Of a stretch of 64,000 bases of DNA, positions 19,382-28,522 are shown in pieces. Source of the stretch: an uncultured Bacilli bacterium (GTDB lineage: Bacteria > Bacillota_I > Bacilli_A > RFN20 > CAG-288). Below the pieces are notes generated by a model that saw only the letters and a list, made by a program, of their open reading frames with translations, was not told the DNA's origin and did not search any database. How positions within the stretch are numbered: position 1 is the stretch's first letter; every line of letters starts with the position of its first letter. Position numbers and translations under genes: made by a program. The DNA is taken from NCBI GenBank assembly GCA_944349335.1, contig CALVMW010000001.1:80309-144308 (forward strand), in the 5' to 3' direction.

Positions 19382-21144
19382 TTATCGTTCTCGTCCTCGT
19401 AATAATCGTATTGATCGTAATCATTATCGTCATAATTATCGTAATCGTTATAGTCTTCTTCCTCTTGCTCCTGCATCTCTTTTAATTCTTCTTCAGTATA
19501 GATAGGCATACCAGCTAAAGGTTGAGAGACTTTTTCTTCTTTATTAGCTTTCTTTTCACTATGACGTGAACGTTTAGTTTCAGAAGGACCTTTCTTCTGC
19601 TTCATAGCTTCTTCTAATTCCTCTAAAGAAATCTTTGGCTTATTAGTGATCTCAACATGTTCGATATTTAATTCTTTTTCCTTCATCTCTGAAGTCTTAG
19701 AATTAGGATCAGCAGCAGGCTGAGAAATCTTCTTTTCTTCTTCCTTCTTCCTTTCAACATCAGCTAAAGTCTCTTCTTCTTCAATCGGTTCCTCAATCGG
19801 TTCTTCGATCTCTTCTTCTTGAATAGTCTCAACAGGTGCTTTAGTACCTAATAACTTTTCAATATCCGGAATAAGCATATATTTTAGTCCTTCTTTGATA
19901 GCTTCATCAGCTTGTAAAACAGAGATAGAAGATTTTGTGATCTGACTAGCTAAGCGGACATTAACACCTTGGGAGCCGATAGCGACACCTTGGTTACCAT
20001 TAGTGACGACAACAGTAATTTTAGGGAACTCATAATTTTCTTCTTCCTCAAGTTCATCATAATGGACAGAAGAATCGAAGAAGTCTTCAGGGCAAGCAAT
20101 ACCGATAACTTGAGCAGGTTTCATCGCTTCAATAATCTGTAATGCTTTATTATCATAGTAACGTAAAACATCGATCTTCTCTCCATGAAGTTCAGATAAA
20201 ACTGAACGGATACGGCTAGATTCAGTTCCGACACATGTTCCGATAGGATCAACATTAGCATCATTAGAGGAGACAAAAATCTTCGTTCTCTTACCAGCGA
20301 CACGAGCGATCTTTTTGATTTCTACTTCACCGCTAGATATTTCAGGTACCGCTCTTTCAAAGAGTTTAATAATAAATTTTTCATTAGAGCGAGTAATAGA
20401 TAAACTAGGAGGATTAGATTTATCAGAAACATCAATAAGATAAACTAAAACATCATCACCGACGGCAAATCTATCTTGAGGAATAAGATTATATCTTCTT
20501 AAGATGCCGCTAGCTTTACCAAAATTTAACTCATAAGAATTATTATCAACTCTTGTTACGCGGCCTTTTATGAGATTTCCGATGTGATCAGAATAAACAG
20601 AAAGAATAGTCTGTTTTGAAGCTTCCTTAAGATGAGCTTGGAAAAGCTGCTTTACTCTTCTAACATAAGCCTTGTCTAATCTAGTTACATCGAAGGGGAT
20701 ATCGATAACATCTCCATAGTGGACATCATTATAAAATTCGGAAGCATCTTCTAAAGAAATTTGATAAGCGTCATCGACAATATCTTCATCAGGAGTAACA
20801 GTTTTAACATCGAAGATTTTAAAGCTACCACTTTCATCGTCGACGACAACTTTAGCTTTAATAAGGTCCTTAGCAGGATCATAATTATCCTTATCTTTGA
20901 AAAGTCCAGGGTAAGACCACTCTAAGTAGGCTTGCTCCATCGTTTTAAAGAGAATATCAGCGACGTCAGATGCTTTGACTAAAAGATCTTTTTCAATATC
21001 GCTGATAGCTAAAGCAAAGGCATCAGCATTGATAATTCCGGTAATCTTAGCTGTGGGAGATTGGTACTTAGGCTTTCTTCCACGTTTTTTAGCAACTTTT
21101 TCAACTTTTTGTTCTTTCAATTCAGGCATAATTATTTCCTCCAA
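19378..21144 (-). CDS. nusA: transcription termination/antitermination factor NusA with an unusually long acidic, Tyr/Asp-rich C-terminal tail
   Basis: NusA N-terminal domain, S1 and KH domains (e.g. IGLACPEDF-like, VVVTNGNQGVAIGSQGVNVRLASQITK). C-terminal EEPIEEPIEEPIEEEE and YNDYDNYDDNDYDQYDYYEDENDK low-complexity repeats. Confidence 0.9.
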   Translation of the reverse strand: MEEIIMPELKEQKVEKVAKKRGRKPKYQSPTAKITGIINADAFALAISDIEKDLLVKASDVADILFKTMEQAYLEWSYPGLFKDKDNYDPAKDLIKAKVVVDDESGSFKIFDVKTVTPDEDIVDDAYQISLEDASEFYNDVHYGDVIDIPFDVTRLDKAYVRRVKQLFQAHLKEASKQTILSVYSDHIGNLIKGRVTRVDNNSYELNFGKASGILRRYNLIPQDRFAVGDDVLVYLIDVSDKSNPPSLSITRSNEKFIIKLFERAVPEISSGEVEIKKIARVAGKRTKIFVSSNDANVDPIGTCVGTESSRIRSVLSELHGEKIDVLRYYDNKALQIIEAMKPAQVIGIACPEDFFDSSVHYDELEEEENYEFPKITVVVTNGNQGVAIGSQGVNVRLASQITKSSISVLQADEAIKEGLKYMLIPDIEKLLGTKAPVETIQEEEIEEPIEEPIEEEETLADVERKKEEEKKISQPAADPNSKTSEMKEKELNIEHVEITNKPKISLEELEEAMKQKKGPSETKRSRHSEKKANKEEKVSQPLAGMPIYTEEELKEMQEQEEEDYNDYDNYDDNDYDQYDYYEDENDK

Positions 21145-21609
21145 TTAAGCTTTAAATCCTATTTTTATCGACTGAATTTTATCTTTATCTAACTTTTCAA
21201 TTTTCTTGCGTCCTTTAATAAAGTAAAGAACTGAAATACTATCATCCTCAACTTTTTCAAGCTTAACCGCTTTTAATTCTTTATCGATAGTTTTTATATC
21301 GAGGTAATGAGAGATAAACCTTTCTAATTGATCATAGGGAATCTCTTTAGATGAACCACCTGAAGCAACATCAAGTGAATAAGGGAAATCTAGTTCATCG
21401 ATCTGATCAAGTAGAGTAGAGATATTAGTAGAATAAGTTTCAACTTCTTCAATCGTAATATTAAAATCTTTATCAACTAATATTTCTAAGATATCACCTT
21501 GTAAAGAATCATGATAGAAAGAGACTTTGACAAGTTCTAATCCTTCTTTATCACACTCTTCTTTGGCGATCTTTTCAATTTTTTTTAATAATTCTTCGCT
21601 GATAGCCAC
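21145..21609 (-). CDS. rimP: ribosome maturation factor RimP (likely GTG start at 21607-21609, since that GTG has an SD and the track ATG at 21621 does not)
   Basis: YlxS/RimP-like sequence directly upstream of nusA. On the minus strand atGGAGGTaaatGTG provides an SD 7 nt upstream of GTG, whereas the track ATG has no SD. Confidence 0.8.
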   Translation of the reverse strand: MAISEELLKKIEKIAKEECDKEGLELVKVSFYHDSLQGDILEILVDKDFNITIEEVETYSTNISTLLDQIDELDFPYSLDVASGGSSKEIPYDQLERFISHYLDIKTIDKELKAVKLEKVEDDSISVLYFIKGRKKIEKLDKDKIQSIKIGFKA

Positions 21610-21627
21610 ATTTACCTCCATAAAAAG

Positions 21628-21656
21628 AAAGAGCGGGCAAAAAATTGCCCACTCTT
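21628..21656 (-). promoter_or_regulatory. terminator-like hairpin (GC stem + interrupted U-tract) in the rimP-nusA leader; candidate NusA-dependent attenuator
   Basis: Minus strand: aagagtgggcaa-tttttt-gcccgctctt, then tctttttat immediately before the SD. No upstream same-strand gene for it to terminate. Confidence 0.45.
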
Positions 21657-21807
21657 AATTAACACGATTAAGAATGTGCTCTATTGAGCATAAAAATTAT
21701 AAACCCTTAATTTTTCTAAGTCAACTTTTAAGAATATATATATTTTTAATCAATAATAAGAAAATAGTTATAATAAGACTTTAATTATTATAAAATATCA
21801 AAGCATT

Positions 21808-23622
21808 ATGAAAGTATCTAAAATATTAAAAAAACAAACTTTAGCTTATATCGTCGGTCCTCTGTTTAAAATGATTGAGGCATTTTTTGATTTGATGATC
21901 CCTTTATTTATGAAAGCCGTCATCGATTTATCCTTTAATACGACAAGCGATATAATAACCCGCTCAATTGCCGATTTTTTAAAACTCTTCGGAACGTGGT
22001 TTACTGACGAGCGCATAAATTACGCTATCATCGGTGGCACACTTATCTTACTGATGGGTATCATCGGTTTTATGACGACGATGGTCTGCCAATATATCGC
22101 AGCGCGAGCTGCAAGTAAAGTAGGAACGGATTTAAGAGATACGATCTATGAAAAGATAATCACTTTAAGTAAAAAAGATTTAGAAAAATTTTCATTGAAT
22201 AAAGCTTTAACTATCCTAAATGCTGATTCATATCAGGTTCAACAAGGTGTCCTTTTCTTTATTAGATTAGGTATCCGTGCCCCTTTTATCATCCTAGGTT
22301 CTTTAGTTATCTCTTTTATTTTAGATTACCACATCGGTTTAGTATTTCTTTCTATCGTCCCTTTAATCCTTTTTATCATCTTCTTTGTTATGAAAAGAGC
22401 GAGCAAAGAGTATTTGTCTATTCAAAGTCAACTTGATTATTTATCTAATCTCACAAGCGACAATCTTGAAGGTACAAGAGTTATTAAAGCGTTTGATAAA
22501 CAAAAATACGAATGTGAGAAATTTGATAGAGGAAGTAAAGAATATGCTAGTAAAGCGATCAGAGTCAATAAAATCAATTCACTTATTAATCCTTTAACTT
22601 TCTCTATTGTCACTTTAGCGACAATATTAACTGTTTTGATCGGCGGCTTTGATATGAAAAATGGTTTTGTTGTTTTAGGAGAGGTAGTTTTACCTTCGAC
22701 TATCATTACTTTAACAAGCTATTTGACACAGATCTTCCAAACTTTGATCCTTTTAACTAACCTTGTAACTATCTTTACTAAATCGATCGTCTCTTGGAAA
22801 AGATGTGATTCACTACTAGAAATTGAGTCCTCTATTTATGATACTAAGAAACTTGTAATTCCTAATTTTAATTTAGGAGATGAGATCCTTCGCTTTGATC
22901 ATGTCTTTGTAAATTATGGCACCAAAGAACAAAATAGCGCATTAAAGGATATCTCTTTTTCCTTAAATAAAGGAGAAACTTTAGGTATTATCGGGGGAAC
23001 AGGATCAGGTAAAACAACTTTAGTGAGACTTATCTGCCGCTTCTTAGATTCTTCTGAAGGAACAGTTTATTATAAAAATAACGATATTAAAGATTATTCT
23101 CTTTATAATTTACGAGAAGAGATCGCTTATAATGTTCAAAAAGCCTCCCTTTTTAAAGGTACGATCAGGTTTAATATGCAGATCGCTAATAGTGATGTAA
23201 CTGATGAAGATATTATCAAGGCTTTAAAGATTGCGAAAGCAGACTTTGTCTTTGATTACCCTGATAAGCTAGATCATAATGTCGAAGAAAATGGAAAAAA
23301 CTTTTCTGGTGGACAAAGACAAAGGTTAGCTATCGCTCGTTCATTACTGAAAAATTCAGAAATTTTAATATTAGATGATTCTACTTCAGCCTTAGATCTA
23401 TTAACTGATAGAACTGTAAGAGAAAATATTAAAATTAATTATCCTGATTTAACTAAAGTCATCATCTCTCAGCGCGTCTCTACTATCATGCAGGCTGAAA
23501 AAATATTAGTGATGCAAGAAGGTAAAATAATTGCTAGTGGTAAGCATGATGAACTTATTAAGTCATGCCCTATTTATAAAGATACTTATCTCTCACAGCA
23601 AGGAGGTAGATATGAGTGTTAA
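21808..23622 (+). CDS. ABC transporter ATP-binding/permease protein (exporter half, type I)
   Basis: N-terminal 6-TM region; nucleotide-binding domain with Walker A GIIGGTGSGKTT, signature FSGGQRQRLAIAR, Walker B ILILDDSTSALD. Confidence 0.85.
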   Translation: MKVSKILKKQTLAYIVGPLFKMIEAFFDLMIPLFMKAVIDLSFNTTSDIITRSIADFLKLFGTWFTDERINYAIIGGTLILLMGIIGFMTTMVCQYIAARAASKVGTDLRDTIYEKIITLSKKDLEKFSLNKALTILNADSYQVQQGVLFFIRLGIRAPFIILGSLVISFILDYHIGLVFLSIVPLILFIIFFVMKRASKEYLSIQSQLDYLSNLTSDNLEGTRVIKAFDKQKYECEKFDRGSKEYASKAIRVNKINSLINPLTFSIVTLATILTVLIGGFDMKNGFVVLGEVVLPSTIITLTSYLTQIFQTLILLTNLVTIFTKSIVSWKRCDSLLEIESSIYDTKKLVIPNFNLGDEILRFDHVFVNYGTKEQNSALKDISFSLNKGETLGIIGGTGSGKTTLVRLICRFLDSSEGTVYYKNNDIKDYSLYNLREEIAYNVQKASLFKGTIRFNMQIANSDVTDEDIIKALKIAKADFVFDYPDKLDHNVEENGKNFSGGQRQRLAIARSLLKNSEILILDDSTSALDLLTDRTVRENIKINYPDLTKVIISQRVSTIMQAEKILVMQEGKIIASGKHDELIKSCPIYKDTYLSQQGGRYEC

Positions 23623-25366
23623 ACAACGACTTTTTTCTTACATAAAAGATAAAAAGAAAAATATTGCTATCGCCATCATTTCCATCGCTATCTACATCTT
23701 AGCTCAACTTTCCATTCCTCTCTTAGTCGGTTATTGCCTCGATTGTATCGGAACTATTGAAAATGGAGTATTTATCTATACATTAGATGAAAACATCACT
23801 TTATTCACAACTTATATAATTATCGGTTTTACCTTAGCTATTATCGGCTCTATTTTTGATTATATCTATGAATATCAGATCGGTAAAATGACTCAGAAGA
23901 TAGTTTATAGAATAAGAACAGAAACTTTCAATAAACTGAATTCTGTTCCTATTAAAGTGATCGATGAAAATAGGCATGGTGATCTTCTTCAGTTAGTTAT
24001 ATTAGATATTGAAAATGTTGCTAATGGCTTCTTCTCAGTCTTTAAACAATTGATTTTAGGTATTCTCTCTATCATCGTTACTATTATCATGATGTTTACT
24101 GTCAACTTTATTTTAGCTATCGCGGTTATTATATTATCTCCTCTCTCTCTATTTATGAGCCGATTTGTCGCTACTTTTACTCATCGTCACTTTAAAAAGC
24201 AAGCTTCAATTCAAGCGACATTGAATGCACTATCTTTAGAAACTATCGAAAATCAAGAGAATGTGCAGGCTTTAAACTATTCAACTAAAGCCATCAAACG
24301 TTTTAAAGAATATGATGATAAATTACAAGCTGAAAGTAGAGTCGCTCAATTTTCTTCCTCATGGGTCAACCCTTCGACAAGATTTGTCAATAATACTATC
24401 TATGCGCTTATCGGTATTGCGGGTATCATCATGATTATTTATACAGCTTCTTATCCTATCCTCAATATGACAATAGGTAAGTTAACTTCATTTTTAAGCT
24501 ATACAAACGAATACACAAAACCTTTTAACGAAATATCTTCAGTCATTTCAGAATTTGAAACTGCCCGTTCATCATTTATTAGAATAAATAACTTCTTAAA
24601 TTTAGAAGATGATATCGATGAAGGTAAAGAAGAAATTCACGATATACATGAGATAACTTTTGATCATCTTGACTTCTCATATGAGAAAGATAGACAACTT
24701 ATTGTTGATTTCAATAAGACTATTCAAGCAAAAAAGAAGGTGGCTATCGTCGGGCCAACCGGTGCTGGTAAAACCACCTTAATCAATCTTCTTATGCGCT
24801 TTTATGATCCTGATAAAGGAGCACTAAGATATGATAATGTGGACGCACGCGATATCAAAAAATCATCCCTTCGAGCTAATTTTGCTATGGTTTTACAAGA
24901 CACTTGGATTTTCAATGGAACTATTTTAGATAATGTTAGATATTCTAATCTAAACGCTAGCGATGAAGAATGTATAAAGGCTTGCAAGATCGCTCACGCC
25001 GATTCCTTTATAAATACTTTACCTGAAGGATATCACACCGTTGTCTCCTCTAAAAGTGGACTTAGTGAAGGAGAAAGGCAGCTCATTACAATCGCAAGAG
25101 CAGTACTAAAAAACGCTGATATCGTTATTCTTGATGAAGCGACATCTAACGTCGATACATATACTGAAAAATTGATAACTGATGCTTTTGATACTTTGAT
25201 GAAAGATCGCACATCGATAGTTATCGCACATAGACTTTCAACTATTATCTCAAGCGACCTAATTTTAGTTCTTAAAGATGGTAATGTAGTTGAATCTGGT
25301 AATCATCATTCTCTCTTAAAAGAGAAAGGTCTCTACTATTCACTTTACACGTCACAATTTAAGTGA
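23612..25366 (+). CDS. ABC transporter ATP-binding/permease protein (partner half; heterodimeric exporter)
   Basis: GGAGG SD then ATG at 23612, overlapping the upstream stop; Walker A VGPTGAGKTT, signature LSEGERQLITIAR, Walker B IVILDEATSNVD. Confidence 0.85.
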   Translation: MSVKQRLFSYIKDKKKNIAIAIISIAIYILAQLSIPLLVGYCLDCIGTIENGVFIYTLDENITLFTTYIIIGFTLAIIGSIFDYIYEYQIGKMTQKIVYRIRTETFNKLNSVPIKVIDENRHGDLLQLVILDIENVANGFFSVFKQLILGILSIIVTIIMMFTVNFILAIAVIILSPLSLFMSRFVATFTHRHFKKQASIQATLNALSLETIENQENVQALNYSTKAIKRFKEYDDKLQAESRVAQFSSSWVNPSTRFVNNTIYALIGIAGIIMIIYTASYPILNMTIGKLTSFLSYTNEYTKPFNEISSVISEFETARSSFIRINNFLNLEDDIDEGKEEIHDIHEITFDHLDFSYEKDRQLIVDFNKTIQAKKKVAIVGPTGAGKTTLINLLMRFYDPDKGALRYDNVDARDIKKSSLRANFAMVLQDTWIFNGTILDNVRYSNLNASDEECIKACKIAHADSFINTLPEGYHTVVSSKSGLSEGERQLITIARAVLKNADIVILDEATSNVDTYTEKLITDAFDTLMKDRTSIVIAHRLSTIISSDLILVLKDGNVVESGNHHSLLKEKGLYYSLYTSQFK

Positions 25367-25784
25367 TTTGGCCAATAAAGCGAAGATATCTTTCTAAAAT
25401 GATACAGGCGGAATAAGTATCGATTATATTCTTCTGTTTTTTAGCTTTCATATTCTCTGAATGAAGATAAGAAGAAGCATCAACAGTCGAATATCTCTCA
25501 TCTTGCATAACGATTTCAATCTTAAATTTTAATAATTTTTTCCTAAAGGCATAGGAAATATGAGTCATCTCACAAGCGTCACCTGAAGGGTAAAGAGGTA
25601 AGCCTAAAACGATTGTTTCAACCTTCTCTATTTTTAAAATCTCCTCAAGTTGTGATAAGGCAGAATCATAATCTTTGTATGAAAAAAATATCGTTTTCAA
25701 GGGCGAGACTAAAAATCCCGTCCTTGAAATAGCGATACCTAAACTTGTTTTACCTAAATCTAAAGCTAACAGATTTTTTTTCAT
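25359..25784 (-). CDS. ruvX: Holliday-junction resolvase-like protein YqgF/RuvX
   Basis: LLALDLGKTSLGIAIS N-terminal RNase H-like motif; downstream of alaS as in Bacillus. Confidence 0.8.
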   Translation of the reverse strand: MKKNLLALDLGKTSLGIAISRTGFLVSPLKTIFFSYKDYDSALSQLEEILKIEKVETIVLGLPLYPSGDACEMTHISYAFRKKLLKFKIEIVMQDERYSTVDASSYLHSENMKAKKQKNIIDTYSACIILERYLRFIGQIT

Positions 25785-28378
25785 CAGATATTTATATTTT
25801 CGATATACTCCTTAACTTTAGCAAAATTATCTAGAGATTTGACTCCGCCGTAAGCAACATCATCCTTGCCTCCTCCAGAGCCACCTAAAAGCTTGCTAAT
25901 CTCACGCATAATCTGACCAGCCTTAATAGATAAATCTCTTCCGCGAGCAAATACGATATCCTTTTTCTCTTTATTACCAGAAGCAATAAAGAGTAAGAGT
26001 GATGGATACTTATCGATAAGTTTTCTAACTAAATTATCTAATTCTTTATGATCTATATCTTCAATTCTCTCAATTAAAATGGTCTTTCCATTTACGGATT
26101 GAACTTTTTCACAAAGAGTTGAGAAAAGATTATTATTATTAGCTTCTGAAAGCTTTTTAATATTACTTTCTAAACCTTCAATCTTATTGTTGATAGATTC
26201 AAGTTTGGAAATTATGTCCTTAGGAGAATTAACTTTAAGATAAGTTGCGATAGAATTTAATCTATTTTCCTTCTCTTTCATATATTCATAAGCTTTTTTA
26301 CCAGTGTAGAAAACGATACGTCTAGTGCCAGCAGAGATAGCGGATTCAGAAACGATAGTGAAGAGATTGATTTCAGAAGTATTTAAAACGTGAGTACCCG
26401 CACAGAATTCAGTAGAATAATCTCCCATCGAAACAACTCTAACATGATCACCATACTTCTCATCAAAAAGATGCATAGCGTGCATATGTAAAGCTTTTTC
26501 TTTATCCATGATCTCAATCTTGACCGGTAAAGAAGCAAAAATCATTTCATTAACTCTCTTTTCAACTAAATCAAGATTTTCAACTTTGCCTTGATAAGAG
26601 AAATCAAATCTACCTAATTCATCATCATAATAAGCACCTTCTTGAACAATATCAGGAGATATTAATTCCTGTAAAGCTTTTTGAAGCAAATGGGTAGCTG
26701 AGTGATTCTTCTTAATAAGCTCTCTTCTTCCATAATCAGGATATTGATTAAAGATATCAGAGTGATGTACTGCGCCATATAAAACTTTTACATGAAGTAA
26801 ATTTTGGCCATTAGGTGCTTTAGAAACATGGTAAACTTCACATTCAGTGGTATTATTCTTGATCGAACCGATATCTGAAACTTGTCCGCCGCTTTCAGCA
26901 TAGAAGGATGTATCCTGGAAGATAATCTCACCTTCATCATCAATAGAATCAACTTTTACACCATCTTTAAATAATCCGATAACATCAGAAAGCATCATAG
27001 CTTCGCGATAAGAAAATTTACTTTCATCTTTAAATTCTAATAAGTCCTTGCTCTGCTTAGCAAAACTTTCTCTTTCACCACGCGCTTTTCTAGCTAAATC
27101 CTTAGCATTCTTTAGTAAGGCAAGATAACCCTTTTCATCGACAGTTTTATTAGCTTCTTTAGCTATCTCTTTTGTAAGTTCAAAGGGGAAACCATAAGTA
27201 TCAGCTAATTTAAAAGCATCATCCGCACTGACTTGATCATTATTTTCTAAGATTGTCTTTAATAATTTTTCACCGACTTTTAAAGTGATAGAAAACTTCT
27301 CCTCTTCACTTCTAATCATCTTCATAGTTTTTTCCATCTTATCCTGTAAATAGGGATAGTAATGCTCCATATTTTTAGTAACTAAAGGAACTAAAGAAGA
27401 AAGATAACCAGTCGGTAAACCTAATGAATTAGCATAACGGGCTGCTCTTCTAACCAATCTTTTTAAAACATATCCTCTTCCATCATTAGAGAAGATTGCC
27501 CCATCAGCTAAAGCGAAAGTTAATGAACGGATATGGTCAGCTATAACACGATAAGCTAACTTATATTCACCCTCATAAGGATATTTACTATCCTTCATAA
27601 TCTGTTCAATATAAGGGTAGAATAAATCAGTTTCAAAATTAGTTTCTGATCCCTGTAAGATACAAGCGATCCTCTCTAAACCAGCTCCTGTATCAATATT
27701 CTTTTGGGGAAGAGGTTTATACTCACTGCGGCTAACTTTAGGATCAGCATTAAATTGAGAGAAAACAATATTCCAGAGCTCAATATATCTCTCATTGTCA
27801 ATATCATCTTCTAAAAGCTTGATTCCTAAACCATCTTTATCATATTTTTCACCGCGGTCATAATTAATTTCAGTATCAGGCCCACAAGGACCTTCACCTA
27901 TCTCCCAGAAATTAGTTTTAGTCGCGACCATATGTGTAGGATCAATTCCGCACTTAACCCATAAGTTATAGGTATCCTTATCATCATAATAATAAGTTAT
28001 ATAAAGTTTATCTTTATCAAGACCAAAATATTTTTCAGAGGTTAATAATTCAAAAGCCCAGGGTATAACTTCTTCACGGAAATAATCACCGATTGAGAAA
28101 TTACCTAACATCTCAAAAAAAGTGTGGTGTCTTGCAGTATGACCAACATTGTCGATATCATTAGTACGAATACACTTTTGAGCATTGACAATTCTTCGAT
28201 GTTCAGGAGTAACTCTTCCATCAAAATATTTCTTTAAAGCAGCAACACCTGCATTGATCCATAGTAAAGTAGGATCTTTATCAGGTATTAAAGAAGCGGA
28301 GGGTTCAATATAGTGTCCATGCTCCTTAAAAAAATTTAACCAAGTATCGCGAATTTCATCGCTTGTCATCTTGCGCAT
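25784..28378 (-). CDS. alaS: alanine--tRNA ligase
   Basis: 864 aa; class II catalytic core (FTNAGM-like WINAGVAAL... region), editing-domain HxxxH/CxxxH motifs (HSATHLL, FCAGTHV), and a C-terminal DHHA1-like region. Confidence 0.95.
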   Translation of the reverse strand: MRKMTSDEIRDTWLNFFKEHGHYIEPSASLIPDKDPTLLWINAGVAALKKYFDGRVTPEHRRIVNAQKCIRTNDIDNVGHTARHHTFFEMLGNFSIGDYFREEVIPWAFELLTSEKYFGLDKDKLYITYYYDDKDTYNLWVKCGIDPTHMVATKTNFWEIGEGPCGPDTEINYDRGEKYDKDGLGIKLLEDDIDNERYIELWNIVFSQFNADPKVSRSEYKPLPQKNIDTGAGLERIACILQGSETNFETDLFYPYIEQIMKDSKYPYEGEYKLAYRVIADHIRSLTFALADGAIFSNDGRGYVLKRLVRRAARYANSLGLPTGYLSSLVPLVTKNMEHYYPYLQDKMEKTMKMIRSEEEKFSITLKVGEKLLKTILENNDQVSADDAFKLADTYGFPFELTKEIAKEANKTVDEKGYLALLKNAKDLARKARGERESFAKQSKDLLEFKDESKFSYREAMMLSDVIGLFKDGVKVDSIDDEGEIIFQDTSFYAESGGQVSDIGSIKNNTTECEVYHVSKAPNGQNLLHVKVLYGAVHHSDIFNQYPDYGRRELIKKNHSATHLLQKALQELISPDIVQEGAYYDDELGRFDFSYQGKVENLDLVEKRVNEMIFASLPVKIEIMDKEKALHMHAMHLFDEKYGDHVRVVSMGDYSTEFCAGTHVLNTSEINLFTIVSESAISAGTRRIVFYTGKKAYEYMKEKENRLNSIATYLKVNSPKDIISKLESINNKIEGLESNIKKLSEANNNNLFSTLCEKVQSVNGKTILIERIEDIDHKELDNLVRKLIDKYPSLLLFIASGNKEKKDIVFARGRDLSIKAGQIMREISKLLGGSGGGKDDVAYGGVKSLDNFAKVKEYIENINI

Positions 28379-28522
28379 ATATATCTCCTTAAAAAATTTA
28401 CCTTTACTATTTTAGTCATTTTATCTTAATAATGCTACTTATAAATATATATTTATATATTTATTAAATTATTTTTAAATTCTTAGCTTTCCTTTAAATT
28501 ATCATTATTTTACTAACAAAAA

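Noticed and set aside
21660-21807. Promoter for the plus-strand ABC exporter (TATAAT near 21766 with weak -35 ttaatc)
   Set aside because: The -35 match is poor (3/6), and many TATAAT-like hexamers occur by chance in 75% AT DNA.
28379-28522. Possible T-box leader upstream of alaS
   Set aside because: The spacer is only ~140 nt, is almost pure A/T, and lacks the T-box antiterminator consensus (AATTAGGGTGGNACCGCG) and specifier-loop features.
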